Below are positions 17,089 through 26,090 of a stretch of DNA of 64,000 nt, piece by piece. How positions within the stretch are numbered: position 1 is the stretch's first letter; each line of letters begins with the position of its first letter. The notes below the pieces were generated by a model. The model had not been told where the DNA came from. It was given only the letters and a program-made list of their open reading frames with translations, and did no database searches. A program made the translations under genes and the position numbers. Source of the DNA: an uncultured Desulfatibacillum sp. (GTDB lineage: Bacteria > Desulfobacterota > Desulfobacteria > Desulfobacterales > SpSt-501). The stretch lies in assembly GCA_964427375.1 (NCBI GenBank), contig CAYRUF010000006.1:38892-102891 (forward strand). The letters are read 5' to 3'.

Positions 17089-17808
17089 ATGATGCTCGAT
17101 CGCATTGCCGTTGAGTTGACCCATGAGCTGCAGGATATGCGCTTCGGTCCCCCCGTCGCGCAGGTCTACAACCCGCTCGAATACGCCCGAGCACCCCATC
17201 GCCAATACCTGCAGCGCTACGGAAAGCCGCCCAAGGAAATCGTGTTGGTGGGGATGAACCCCGGCCCTTGGGGCATGGCCCAGACCGGCATTCCTTTCGG
17301 CGAAATCGGCGCCGTCCGCGGCTGGATGGGGATCGATGCTCCGGTGGCCCAACCTCGCCGGCCCCACCCCCGGCGGCCGGTCCTCGGCTTCGACTGCACC
17401 CGCCGGGAGGTCAGCGGGCAGCGGCTGTGGGGCTGGGCCCGGAAGAAATTCGGCGCGGCCGACGCGTTTTTCAGGAGGTTTTTCGTCGCCAATTATTGCC
17501 CCTTGATGTTCATGGCGGAAAGCGGAGCCAACCTGACGCCCGACAAGCTCAAGACCGCGGAGGCGGGCCCCTTGTTTACGGCCTGCGACCGCGCCCTGCG
17601 CCGAACGATCGTCTATCTGAAGCCGACACACGTGGTCGGCATCGGGCAGTTTGCGGCCCAGCGCGCGCGCATCGCGCTGGAGGGCCTGCCGCTGCAAATC
17701 GGCGGGGTCACCCATCCGAGCCCGGCCAACCCGAAGGCCAACCGCGGCTGGGAATCCCTGGCCGACCAGGAGCTGGCCGCATTGGGCATCCGGCTGGAGC
17801 CCCTATGA
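17089..17808 (+). CDS. Family-3 (SMUG1-type) uracil-DNA glycosylase
   Basis: VLVGMNPGPWGMAQTGIPFG matches the SMUG1 GMNPGP motif. Start ATG 17089 (MMLDR). Confidence 0.8.
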   Translation: MMLDRIAVELTHELQDMRFGPPVAQVYNPLEYARAPHRQYLQRYGKPPKEIVLVGMNPGPWGMAQTGIPFGEIGAVRGWMGIDAPVAQPRRPHPRRPVLGFDCTRREVSGQRLWGWARKKFGAADAFFRRFFVANYCPLMFMAESGANLTPDKLKTAEAGPLFTACDRALRRTIVYLKPTHVVGIGQFAAQRARIALEGLPLQIGGVTHPSPANPKANRGWESLADQELAALGIRLEPL

Positions 17809-18362
17809 ACCGTCCGCTGCACACCTGGCTGTCGATGGCGATGGCGGCTGTCTGCGCGGCAGCCTGGCTGACCGGCTGCGCCGGCCCGCGGGCCGCTGCT
17901 CCGCTGGAAGCGGACCGGATCGAGTCCAAGATCGCCTCCCTCCAGAGCCGCCTGAAAGGCCTCGATCCGGCCGCCGATGCGTTCGAAGCCCGCCGCGTGG
18001 CCCGTACGGCGGTGGCCGACTCCTACCGGCTGGCCGAGGACTATCGCCTGGCAGGCCCGGCGCGCTGGCACAATCTGCTCATTCAAATGGGGCTCCGCGA
18101 GCGCGGTCTTTGCTACCACTGGACCGAGGACCTGATGAAGCGCCTGCAGGCTCTGAACTTGAAAACCTACCGGCTGCACTGGGGGGTGGCCCACCAGGGC
18201 AGCGATCTTTACGAGCACAACAGCGTGGTCATCACCGCCTCGAACCAGCCGTTTGAGGACGGGCTCGTGCTCGATCCCTGGCGGAACTCGGGCGACCTCT
18301 ACTGGACCGCCGTCCGCGAGGACGACTATCCGTGGGTGCCGCTGCCGCCGGATCAATGGTGA
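17805..18362 (+). CDS. Lipoprotein of unknown function
   Basis: ATGA overlap with the UDG stop. Lipobox AAWLTGC. Confidence 0.65.
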   Translation: MNRPLHTWLSMAMAAVCAAAWLTGCAGPRAAAPLEADRIESKIASLQSRLKGLDPAADAFEARRVARTAVADSYRLAEDYRLAGPARWHNLLIQMGLRERGLCYHWTEDLMKRLQALNLKTYRLHWGVAHQGSDLYEHNSVVITASNQPFEDGLVLDPWRNSGDLYWTAVREDDYPWVPLPPDQW

Positions 18363-18386
18363 TGGCTTCGTAAAAGGAAGAACACG

Positions 18387-19355
18387 ATGGATAGGAGCTT
18401 GGAAGAACTCTTTGGCATGCTGACGGATGCCGCCGCGCGCCTGCGCGGAGTGGCCCACCTCACTCCGGTCATGACCTCGCGCCACCTGAACGAGCGCGTC
18501 GGGGCCGAGGTGTTTCTGAAATGCGAAAACCTTCAGCGCATCGGCGCCTTTAAGTTCCGCGGCGCCTACAACGCCATGTCCCGGCTTTCAGCCGAGGAAC
18601 GCCGCCGCGGGGTCGTCACCTTTTCCTCGGGCAACCACGCCCAGGCCGTCGCGCTCGTGGGCCGGCTGCTCGGCATCGACGCCTGCGTGGTCATGCCTCA
18701 AGACGCGCCGGCCATCAAGCGTCAGGCGACCGAAGGCTACGGCGCCCGCGTCCTTCTCTACGACCCCGAGGCGAGCAGCCGCGAGGAAATCGCCCGGGAG
18801 CTTCAGCGGCAGCACGGTTACACCCTGATCCCGCCTTTCGACCACATCGATGTCGTGGCCGGCCAGGGTACTGCGGCGCTGGAGCTTGGGGAACAGGCCG
18901 GCGGGCTCGACTGGCTGCTGGTGCCCTGCGGCGGGGGCGGGCTGCTGAGCGGCTGTGCCATCGCCGCCAAGGGGGCGAGCGCAACCTGCCGGGTCTGCGG
19001 CGTCGAGCCGGAGGTGGCCGACGACGCTACCCGGTCGTTTTACAGCGGCCGCCTGCAGACCGTCAAAAACCCGCCGACCATCGCCGACGGTACGCGCACG
19101 CCCAGCCTTGGAAAAATTACATTCCCTCTGGTGCGGCGGTTCGTGGATGCCATGCAAACCGTGTCCGAGGATGCCATCCAAGACGCGGTCCGCTTTTTAT
19201 TCTATCGTCTGAAGCTCGTGGTGGAGCCCTCGGGCGCCCTGGGACTGGCGGCGCTGCTCAGCGGCCGGACCCCGGCCAGCGGGCGGGTGGGGGTGATCTT
19301 GAGCGGCGGTAACATCGACGGCCCCACCATGCAGGCGATTCTGGCCGGCGAATGA
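18387..19355 (+). CDS. PLP-dependent threonine/serine dehydratase (serine racemase / threo-3-hydroxyaspartate ammonia-lyase-like)
   Basis: NLQRIGAFKFRGAYNA (PLP lysine), FSSGNHAQAVA, GGGGLLSG. Confidence 0.9.
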   Translation: MDRSLEELFGMLTDAAARLRGVAHLTPVMTSRHLNERVGAEVFLKCENLQRIGAFKFRGAYNAMSRLSAEERRRGVVTFSSGNHAQAVALVGRLLGIDACVVMPQDAPAIKRQATEGYGARVLLYDPEASSREEIARELQRQHGYTLIPPFDHIDVVAGQGTAALELGEQAGGLDWLLVPCGGGGLLSGCAIAAKGASATCRVCGVEPEVADDATRSFYSGRLQTVKNPPTIADGTRTPSLGKITFPLVRRFVDAMQTVSEDAIQDAVRFLFYRLKLVVEPSGALGLAALLSGRTPASGRVGVILSGGNIDGPTMQAILAGE

Positions 19356-19375
19356 CCGCAGAACCGGAGGGGCGC

Positions 19376-19945
19376 ATGAAAATCTACACCGGCAGCGGGG
19401 ATCGCGGGAAGACCAGTCTCTTCAGCGGCGAACGGGTCGCCAAACACGACCCGCGCATCGACGCCTACGGCGACCTGGACGAGCTCAACTCGGTCATCGG
19501 CGCCTTGATTGCCGGCCTGCCTTCGGGCGGCGGCGGCCTCGATCCGGAGCTCCACGGCATCCAGTCCGAGCTGTTTGCCATCGGCGCCTGGCTCGCCACC
19601 GCCCCCGGGGCCCCGGCGGCCGCGGCCCTGCCGCCGCTCGACCCGGAGGCCGCCAAGAACCTCGAACGTGCCATCGACCGGCTGGATGCCGGGCTTCCGC
19701 CGCTGGCCGGGTTCATCCTGCCCGGCGGGCATCCCGGCGCCGCCTGGGCGCACATCGCCCGCACCGTCTGCCGCCGGACCGAGCGCCGCGTCGTGGGACT
19801 TGCCGCCCAAGGTGCAGACGCCGCGGCCGCCGAGCAAATCCAGCGGGCGATCATCTATCTCAACCGCCTGTCCGACTATTTCTTCGTGCTGGCCCGCCAC
19901 ATCAACCGCATTCAGGGCATCGAGGACCGCCTATGGCAACGGTGA
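19376..19945 (+). CDS. PduO-type ATP:cob(I)alamin adenosyltransferase
   Basis: MKIYTGSGDRGKTSLFSGERV... Start ATG 19376 after GGAGGGG. Track ORF begins at 19352. Confidence 0.85.
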   Translation: MKIYTGSGDRGKTSLFSGERVAKHDPRIDAYGDLDELNSVIGALIAGLPSGGGGLDPELHGIQSELFAIGAWLATAPGAPAAAALPPLDPEAAKNLERAIDRLDAGLPPLAGFILPGGHPGAAWAHIARTVCRRTERRVVGLAAQGADAAAAEQIQRAIIYLNRLSDYFFVLARHINRIQGIEDRLWQR

Positions 19946-20619
19946 GGCCTCCCGCCCCCCGGGCGACAGCCGCCGGAGCGTTCACCGTCCGGGTCCGGGC
20001 CAACCGCCGGCTGTCCGCGAATGCGTTCGAGCTGACCCTGACCAGGCCGCCGGACTTCAGTTTCCTGGCTGGCCAGCGGCTGCGGATCGAGTGCGACGGG
20101 GCGCAGCGGGACTACTCGATCGTCTCCTCCCCGGCCGAACCCCTTCTCCGGCTGTGCATCCGCCGGGTGGCGGGCGGCCGCCTGTCGGCGCGCCTGGCTC
20201 ACGCCGATGTGGATGAAGCACTGACGTTCACCGGTCCGCACGGCTACTTCACGTTCAAGACCTCCGCCCGGCCGGCCGTGTTCGCGGCGACCGGCACCGG
20301 CATCGCGCCGTTCTGCGCCATGGCCGGCGACGGAGTATCGGGGTTCACGCTGCTGCACGGCGTCAAGACGCCGGCCGACCTCTACTATCGGGATCTCATC
20401 CAGCCGCGGGCGTCCGCGTACGTGGCCTGCCTGTCCGCGGGCCGACCGGCCGAGCCCGCCCACCATCCCGGCTGGGTGACCGACTATATCCGGAACTGCC
20501 TGCCGCCGCGGGCCTACGATTTTTATCTCTGCGGGCGCCAGGACATGATCCGCGATGCGACCCTTCTGATCGACGAGCGATTTCCGGAGTCGCTGGTCTA
20601 CACCGAGGTTTTCTACTGA
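19933..20619 (+). CDS. Ferredoxin-NADP reductase-like FAD/NAD(P)-binding oxidoreductase
   Basis: RDYSIVS (RxYS FAD motif) and FAATGTGIAPF (NAD(P) loop). Overlaps the upstream gene by 13 nt. Confidence 0.8.
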   Translation: MATVRPPAPRATAAGAFTVRVRANRRLSANAFELTLTRPPDFSFLAGQRLRIECDGAQRDYSIVSSPAEPLLRLCIRRVAGGRLSARLAHADVDEALTFTGPHGYFTFKTSARPAVFAATGTGIAPFCAMAGDGVSGFTLLHGVKTPADLYYRDLIQPRASAYVACLSAGRPAEPAHHPGWVTDYIRNCLPPRAYDFYLCGRQDMIRDATLLIDERFPESLVYTEVFY

Positions 20620-20637
20620 AACCACAGGAGGACACCG

Positions 20638-21690
20638 ATGCAGTTCGCAGTGACGAAGAAAGAAGCCGTCATCCTGGACCCCGCCAACGCCATGCAGCCC
20701 AAGGCCATCCCGGTCGAGGTCCGGACCGACCCGCTCACCGGACGAACCGCGCGCATCTGTCATTTCATGCGGCTGCAGTGGAAGAAACCCGACCTCGACC
20801 GGCTCGTGGCCGGAACCGACGGCAGCTGCCCCTTCTGCCCGGATCGGGTGCTGAAGTTCACCCCCTGCTTTCCGGCGGACATCGCGCCGGACGGCCGCTT
20901 CTTCCGCGGCGACCACGTGCTGTTTCCCAACCTCGCGCCTTATGACGGCCTGGGCGCGGTCGCCACGCTCGGCAGCCGCCACTACACTCCCATGGCGGAG
21001 ATCGAGCCGGCGCGAATCGCCGGAGGCATCCGACTCGCCATGGACTTCTTCCGCCGCGTGCGGGCCATCGGACACCCGGAATCGGTTTACCACCTGCTCA
21101 GCTGGAACTACATGCCCGCCTCCGGCAGCTCGCTCATCCACCCGCACCTGCAGGTTTTTGCCAGCTCGACCGCACCCAATCAGCTGCGCGAGGAACTGGC
21201 GGCGGCCGAGGCCTATTTCCGGGCGCACGGCCGCACGTACTGGGACGATCTGGTTCAGGTGGAGCGCGCCGACGGCCAGCGGTTTCTCGGCCGCCGGGGC
21301 CGGATCTCCTGGCTGGCGAACTTCGCGCCGTTCGGCGTCGCCGGGGACGTGGTCGCCGTGGTGGACGACTGCCGCGGGATGCTGGACCTGACCGAGGCGG
21401 ATGTGGACGGCATCGCCGGGGGGCTCGCCGCCGCGATGGCCGCCTACGACCGGATGGGCATCTACAGCTTCAACGTGTGCTTTTTCCCGGGCACCGAATC
21501 GGACCGGTTCGCCCGGCTTCATATGGTTTTTTCACCGCGGATTTATTATAATCCGATCTTGGCCACGCCGGATACGACCGCCCTGCGAACGCTCTACGAC
21601 GAAAGCATCTGCGTCGGGTTTCCGGAAGAGATCGCCGCCATGATCCGGCCCGCATTTCAGGAGCCCCCCCGCCTGGACGGAGGCGCATAA
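20638..21690 (+). CDS. Galactose-1-phosphate uridylyltransferase-like HIT-superfamily nucleotidyltransferase/phosphorylase
   Basis: CPFCP zinc site and SSLIHPHLQVFAS (HxHxQ). Confidence 0.8.
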   Translation: MQFAVTKKEAVILDPANAMQPKAIPVEVRTDPLTGRTARICHFMRLQWKKPDLDRLVAGTDGSCPFCPDRVLKFTPCFPADIAPDGRFFRGDHVLFPNLAPYDGLGAVATLGSRHYTPMAEIEPARIAGGIRLAMDFFRRVRAIGHPESVYHLLSWNYMPASGSSLIHPHLQVFASSTAPNQLREELAAAEAYFRAHGRTYWDDLVQVERADGQRFLGRRGRISWLANFAPFGVAGDVVAVVDDCRGMLDLTEADVDGIAGGLAAAMAAYDRMGIYSFNVCFFPGTESDRFARLHMVFSPRIYYNPILATPDTTALRTLYDESICVGFPEEIAAMIRPAFQEPPRLDGGA

Positions 21691-22515
21691 ATGCAGCTTC
21701 AAAAGTTCGAGATCCCCGGCCCCGGCGGTCAGCGCTTGTCGGCCATTCTGGACCTGCCGGCCGACGGCGCGCCCATCGCCTACGCGCTTTTCGCCCACTG
21801 CTTCACCTGCTCGAAGGATGTGAAGGCGGCATACCACATCTCGCGCACGCTCACGCGCGAGCGGATCGGCGTGCTGCGCTTCGACTTCACCGGCTTGGGC
21901 GAGAGCGGTGGCGTCTTTGCGGACACCAGTCTGCAGTCCAACGTAGCCGACCTCATCGCCGCCGCGGAATTCCTATCAGCGCGGTTCGAGGCGCCCCGGC
22001 TGCTGATCGGCCATTCCTTCGGAGGGGCCGCCGTCTTGCAGGCGGCCGCCGCGATCCCGTCCTGCCGGGCGGTGGTGACCATTGCCGCTCCGGCCGACCC
22101 ACGGCATGTCTTTAAAACACTCGGCCCGGCCGCCGAAACGATTGCCTCCAGGGGCGAAGCCGAAGTCACCATCGCCGGCCGGCCGTTCACCCTGCGGAAA
22201 AAATTTTTAGACGACCTCGCGGGAGTCGACCCGGAAGCAGCCATCCAGAACCTCGACCGCGCGCTGCTGGTCATGCACTCGCCGGTGGACGATGTGGTCG
22301 GAATCGAAAACGCCACCCGCATCTTCCAGGCGGCGCGCCATCCCAAGAGCTTCGTCTCGCTCGACCCGGCCGACCACCTGCTGTCGGACCTGGCTGATTC
22401 CCGCTATGCCGGCGCCGTGATCGCGGCCTGGGCCCGGCGCTATCTGTCACCAACGCCGACCGCCGCCCGGCGCACCGCCCACTCACCCGCGAAGTATCGC
22501 TTCGGGGGCGGTTGA
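21691..22515 (+). CDS. Alpha/beta hydrolase
   Basis: Starts immediately after the preceding stop. FAHCFTCSKD and nucleophile elbow GHSFGG. Confidence 0.8.
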   Translation: MQLQKFEIPGPGGQRLSAILDLPADGAPIAYALFAHCFTCSKDVKAAYHISRTLTRERIGVLRFDFTGLGESGGVFADTSLQSNVADLIAAAEFLSARFEAPRLLIGHSFGGAAVLQAAAAIPSCRAVVTIAAPADPRHVFKTLGPAAETIASRGEAEVTIAGRPFTLRKKFLDDLAGVDPEAAIQNLDRALLVMHSPVDDVVGIENATRIFQAARHPKSFVSLDPADHLLSDLADSRYAGAVIAAWARRYLSPTPTAARRTAHSPAKYRFGGG

Positions 22516-22542
22516 GCGGGTGAACGGGTCCAATCTTCGAAT

Positions 22543-23130
22543 ATGCCCAAAAACGCCGCTACGTTTTGGTCGCTGGAATACCTGATGGGCCGCTGGCGCC
22601 CCACGATCGGAGACCCTTCCGTCATAGGATGGTTCACCGTCGGGGCCTATTTTGTTTGCGCCGCCCTGGCGTTTGGGGCGGCCCGACCCCACCCGGAAAA
22701 CGACCGCCGGTCGGTTTTTTTCTGGGGCGCGGTGGGGCTGCTCATGGTCCTGCTGGCGATCAACAAACAACTCGATCTCCAGAGCCTGCTCACCGAAATC
22801 GGCCGGCAGGTGGCGCTGCATCAGGGCTGGATGGAACAGCGCCGTTCCGTGCAATTATGGTTCGTCGTGGGGTTCAGCCTGCTGGCCACTGCCGGTTTTT
22901 TGGGGTTCGCCTTTTTCATGCGGAACTGGTTCCGGCGGTTCATGCTCGCGTTCATCGGGCTGTTCGTCCTGCTCAGCTTCATCATCATCCGCGCGGCCAG
23001 TTTCCACCACGTCGATCAATTCCTAAATGTCCGGATCCTTCAACTGAGGATGAATTGGATCCTCGAGCTGAGCGGCATCTTCATCGTGCTGGCCGCCGCG
23101 GCGGCCGACATCCGACGGAATCGCAAGTGA
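22543..23130 (+). CDS. Integral membrane protein of unknown function
   Basis: Chosen over the overlapping frame 22566-23138 because of clean TM helices and natural composition. Confidence 0.6.
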   Translation: MPKNAATFWSLEYLMGRWRPTIGDPSVIGWFTVGAYFVCAALAFGAARPHPENDRRSVFFWGAVGLLMVLLAINKQLDLQSLLTEIGRQVALHQGWMEQRRSVQLWFVVGFSLLATAGFLGFAFFMRNWFRRFMLAFIGLFVLLSFIIIRAASFHHVDQFLNVRILQLRMNWILELSGIFIVLAAAAADIRRNRK

Positions 23131-23156
23131 CCAACTGAAACGAAGGAGGCTGAAGA

Positions 23157-23912
23157 ATGGCAGGCCATCATCGCATTGCAATCGTCACCGGCGCGGGCAC
23201 CGGCATTGGCCAGTCGGTCACGCTGGCGCTGTTGCGCAGCGGATACAGCGTGGCGCTCGCCGGGCGAAGGCGGGAGCCGCTCGAGCAGACGGCGGCGCAG
23301 TCCGGCGCGGCCGCGCGGACGCTGATCGTTCCGACGGACGTCAGCGACCCCGGAGCGGTGCGGGCGCTTTTTGAAGCCGTGGAGGAGCGCTTCGGCCGGC
23401 TGGATCTGCTCTTCAACAACGCCGGCATCTTCGTTCCTGGCGTCGAGATCGACGCGCTGTCGGTCGAACAGTGGCAGGCGGTGGTCGACATCAATCTGAC
23501 CGGCTCCTTCCTGTGCGCGCGCGAGGCCTTCCGCATGATGAAAACCCAGAACCCGCCCGGCGGACGCATCATCAACAACGGCTCGATCTCGGCCCATGCC
23601 CCGCGGCCCAATTCAACGGCCTACACGACGACCAAACACGCCATCACCGGCCTCACCAAGTCGATCGCCCTCGACGGCCGCCGCTATGACATCGCCTGCA
23701 GCCAGATCGACATCGGCAACGCCCGCACCGAGCTGGCCGCACCCATGGCCAAGGGGGTTCCGCAGGCCAACGGCCAGATCGCCGTCGAGCCCATGATGGA
23801 CCTGGAGCACGTGGCGAGCGCGGTGCTCTACATGGCCGGCCTGCCGCTCGACACCAACGTGCAGTTCATGACCATCATGGCGACGAAAATGCCGTTCGTG
23901 GGCAGAGGATAG
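23157..23912 (+). CDS. Short-chain dehydrogenase/reductase (SDR)
   Basis: TGAGTGIG cofactor loop, NNAG, YTTTKHA (YxxxK). Confidence 0.9.
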   Translation: MAGHHRIAIVTGAGTGIGQSVTLALLRSGYSVALAGRRREPLEQTAAQSGAAARTLIVPTDVSDPGAVRALFEAVEERFGRLDLLFNNAGIFVPGVEIDALSVEQWQAVVDINLTGSFLCAREAFRMMKTQNPPGGRIINNGSISAHAPRPNSTAYTTTKHAITGLTKSIALDGRRYDIACSQIDIGNARTELAAPMAKGVPQANGQIAVEPMMDLEHVASAVLYMAGLPLDTNVQFMTIMATKMPFVGRG

Positions 23913-23989
23913 GTTCCGCGCCAGCGGTCCTCGGCCGCGATGGTGAACCGTATAGCTCGTTACGGAGACACTTAGCCCTATCGAGGGGC

Positions 23990-24160
23990 CAGGGTTCGGG
24001 GTTCAGGAAAGAAGTAATTGCTTGGGGCTGATCGCACATGCCCCGATTCGCCTACCTCGGGAGGAGATTGCGAATTATAGCACCTGTGTTACCATGCTCC
24101 CTGAACCCCGAACCCTGAACCCTGGCACTCTGAACCCTGGCACTCTGAACCCTTGAACCC
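23990..24160. repeat. GGGTTCR/GAACCC heptamer repeat block: an 18-bp perfect inverted repeat flanking 92 bp, plus tandem 15-mers
   Basis: CAGGGTTCGGGGTTCAGG at 23990-24007. Its reverse complement is at 24100-24117. CTGAACCCTGGCACT occurs in tandem at 24115-24129 and 24130-24144. Six GAACCC copies lie in 24103-24160. Confidence 0.8.
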
Positions 24161-24182
24161 TATCCATCACTCGGAGGAAGCC

Positions 24183-26090
24183 GTGGACTCGAAACCCATC
24201 GAAAAAAAAGGCTCCGGCCGGTTGCGTTTTCGCGACGGCATTCTGGATCGCTACCCGGACGTGCTGACGCCGGCGGCGCGCGACGCGCTGGAGGCCCTGG
24301 CCGGGTTCAACGCCGACCGGCAGCGGATCATGCAGGAGCGCATCGAACGCCGCGCGGCGCGCTTCCGGGAAGGCCGGCGGATCGGCTTCCTCGACCCGGC
24401 CGCCCCGATCCCGCGCACCACGCTCACCGTGCAGCAGGCGCGCGAGGGCCGGTTCGAGGGCTCCGAGATCCCCCACGACCTGCAGCGCCAGTGGGTGCAG
24501 GGCACCGGCCCGGCCACCCGGCCGCGGGCAACGGTCGAAGCCGGCATCCGCAACGTGGCCTATGCCCTGCTTTCCGGGGCCGACGGCTGGATGTTCGACG
24601 GCGAGGATGCGCTCGGCCAGGTGGACGCCATGTCCCTCGACAACCAGCGCAACCTCATGATCGCCTTCGGCCGCCGGGAGCCGTTCTTGCGCGTCGCCGA
24701 GACCGTCGCCGCGGAGATGAACGCCTGGTCCAGGGGCTTTTTCGGCCGCGAAATCATTGCCGACTGGAAAAAGCAGCTCGATTTCACCACCCGCATCTAT
24801 CGCCCCCGGGGCCTGCACCTCGACGACCGCCATGTGCGCGACCGCGACGGCTCCGGCTTCTCGGCCGCGATCGTCGACGCCGTCCTCTACGTCGTCAACA
24901 ACCACCGGACCCTGCAGGCTGAGGGCCGCTCGATCGTCCTCTACCTGCCCAAAATCCAGACCGCCGAAGAAGCCGCGCTGTGGCACGACATCCTCGGCGC
25001 GCTCGAACAGCACCTCGGGCTGACGGTCGGCACGGTGAAGACCTATGTCCTGGTCGAACAGCTCGAGGCCTGCTACCAGTTGATGGAGATCCGCGCCGCG
25101 CTGGGGCGCCGCTTCGTCGGGTTCAACACCGGCCGCTGGGACTACATCAACAGCGTCGCCGATGCGCTCGCCTGGGACCCGAGCTTCCACAACCCCAACA
25201 TTGACGCCATCACCATGAAATACGGCTACATGCGGATCTACGAGGACCGGGTGCGCCGGGCCGTAAACACACCCGACCGCAGCGGCCGCTGCGCGCTCTG
25301 GCAGGGCGGCATGCAGCCCAATATCCCGGTCGGATCGGAAAAAGGCATCGCGCTCGGCATGAAGCGCGCGGTGGCCGGCGGCGAAAGCGAGCAGCAGGGC
25401 GGCGCCAGCGGCAAATGGGTGGCGCACTGGAAGATGGTCCACATCGTCCGGCCGGTTTGGGAGAAGGCCGGCGCCGACAACCAGCTGGGCCGCGCCTTTC
25501 CGCCGCTCACCTACGATCCGAAGGACGCCGACGACCTGATCCGGCTCGAGCCGGCGCCGCGCACGGTGCGCGGCGCCCGCGATCTGCTTTCGATCGCGCT
25601 GCAGTACGGCAACGCCTTCGGCCGGGGGTTTCAGGCCGCAGCGCTCAAGCCGGCCGACTACTTCGGCAACGACGACGAGCTCTACCTGATGGAGGACATG
25701 GCGACCGGCGAAATCCGCCTCAGCATTCTCTGGGAGTGGCTGCATAAACAGGCACGCTTCACCGCGGACGACCCGGCCGGAGGGGTGAAGGCGGGGGACG
25801 CGTTTACTCCCGCATTTTTCGACCGGCTGATGCAAGAGGAATACGACAAGCTGCTCCGGGCGGGAAACCGGGACGTCCACGACGACTCGAAGAAAACCAC
25901 CCTGCCGATCGCCCGTGCGATCGTCGAGCGCTATGTCAAGAGCCCGTTCAAGCTGCCATGGGCCATCGATCTGCTCAACCTCAATCTCAACAACCACGAT
26001 CTCGGCCGCGCAAACCAGCGCATCGATGCGTATCTGGCCGCCTTCGGCCGCGACGGCACCCGCCTGACGGAGAACCCGGACTTCGGCTAA
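24183..26090 (+). CDS. Malate synthase family protein (atypical ~635-aa form)
   Basis: GTG 24183, 4 nt after GGAGGA (track start TTG 24153 lies inside the repeat). GWMFDGEDALGQ, LYLPKIQTAEEAALW and FNTGRWDYINS are malate synthase-type motifs. Confidence 0.8.
   Translation: MDSKPIEKKGSGRLRFRDGILDRYPDVLTPAARDALEALAGFNADRQRIMQERIERRAARFREGRRIGFLDPAAPIPRTTLTVQQAREGRFEGSEIPHDLQRQWVQGTGPATRPRATVEAGIRNVAYALLSGADGWMFDGEDALGQVDAMSLDNQRNLMIAFGRREPFLRVAETVAAEMNAWSRGFFGREIIADWKKQLDFTTRIYRPRGLHLDDRHVRDRDGSGFSAAIVDAVLYVVNNHRTLQAEGRSIVLYLPKIQTAEEAALWHDILGALEQHLGLTVGTVKTYVLVEQLEACYQLMEIRAALGRRFVGFNTGRWDYINSVADALAWDPSFHNPNIDAITMKYGYMRIYEDRVRRAVNTPDRSGRCALWQGGMQPNIPVGSEKGIALGMKRAVAGGESEQQGGASGKWVAHWKMVHIVRPVWEKAGADNQLGRAFPPLTYDPKDADDLIRLEPAPRTVRGARDLLSIALQYGNAFGRGFQAAALKPADYFGNDDELYLMEDMATGEIRLSILWEWLHKQARFTADDPAGGVKAGDAFTPAFFDRLMQEEYDKLLRAGNRDVHDDSKKTTLPIARAIVERYVKSPFKLPWAIDLLNLNLNNHDLGRANQRIDAYLAAFGRDGTRLTENPDFG

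Noticed and set aside
18361-18375. 14-nt match (GATGGCTTCGTAAA) to the terminal arm of repeat family 2, just upstream of the dehydratase gene
   Set aside because: A single 14-mer match is within chance expectation for a 64-kb GC-biased window, and no partner arm or internal repeat sequence is present.
24094-24156. 20-codon uORF MLPEPRTLNPGTLNPGTLNP inside the heptamer repeat upstream of the malate synthase gene
   Set aside because: There is no Shine-Dalgarno sequence before the ATG. The periodic peptide is simply the translation of the DNA repeat. It is kept only as a remote leader-peptide possibility.
23990-24160. Possible CRISPR array or telomere-like repeat
   Set aside because: The units are 7-15 bp with no spacer-sized unique intervals, and no cas genes are present. 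This is not a CRISPR architecture.
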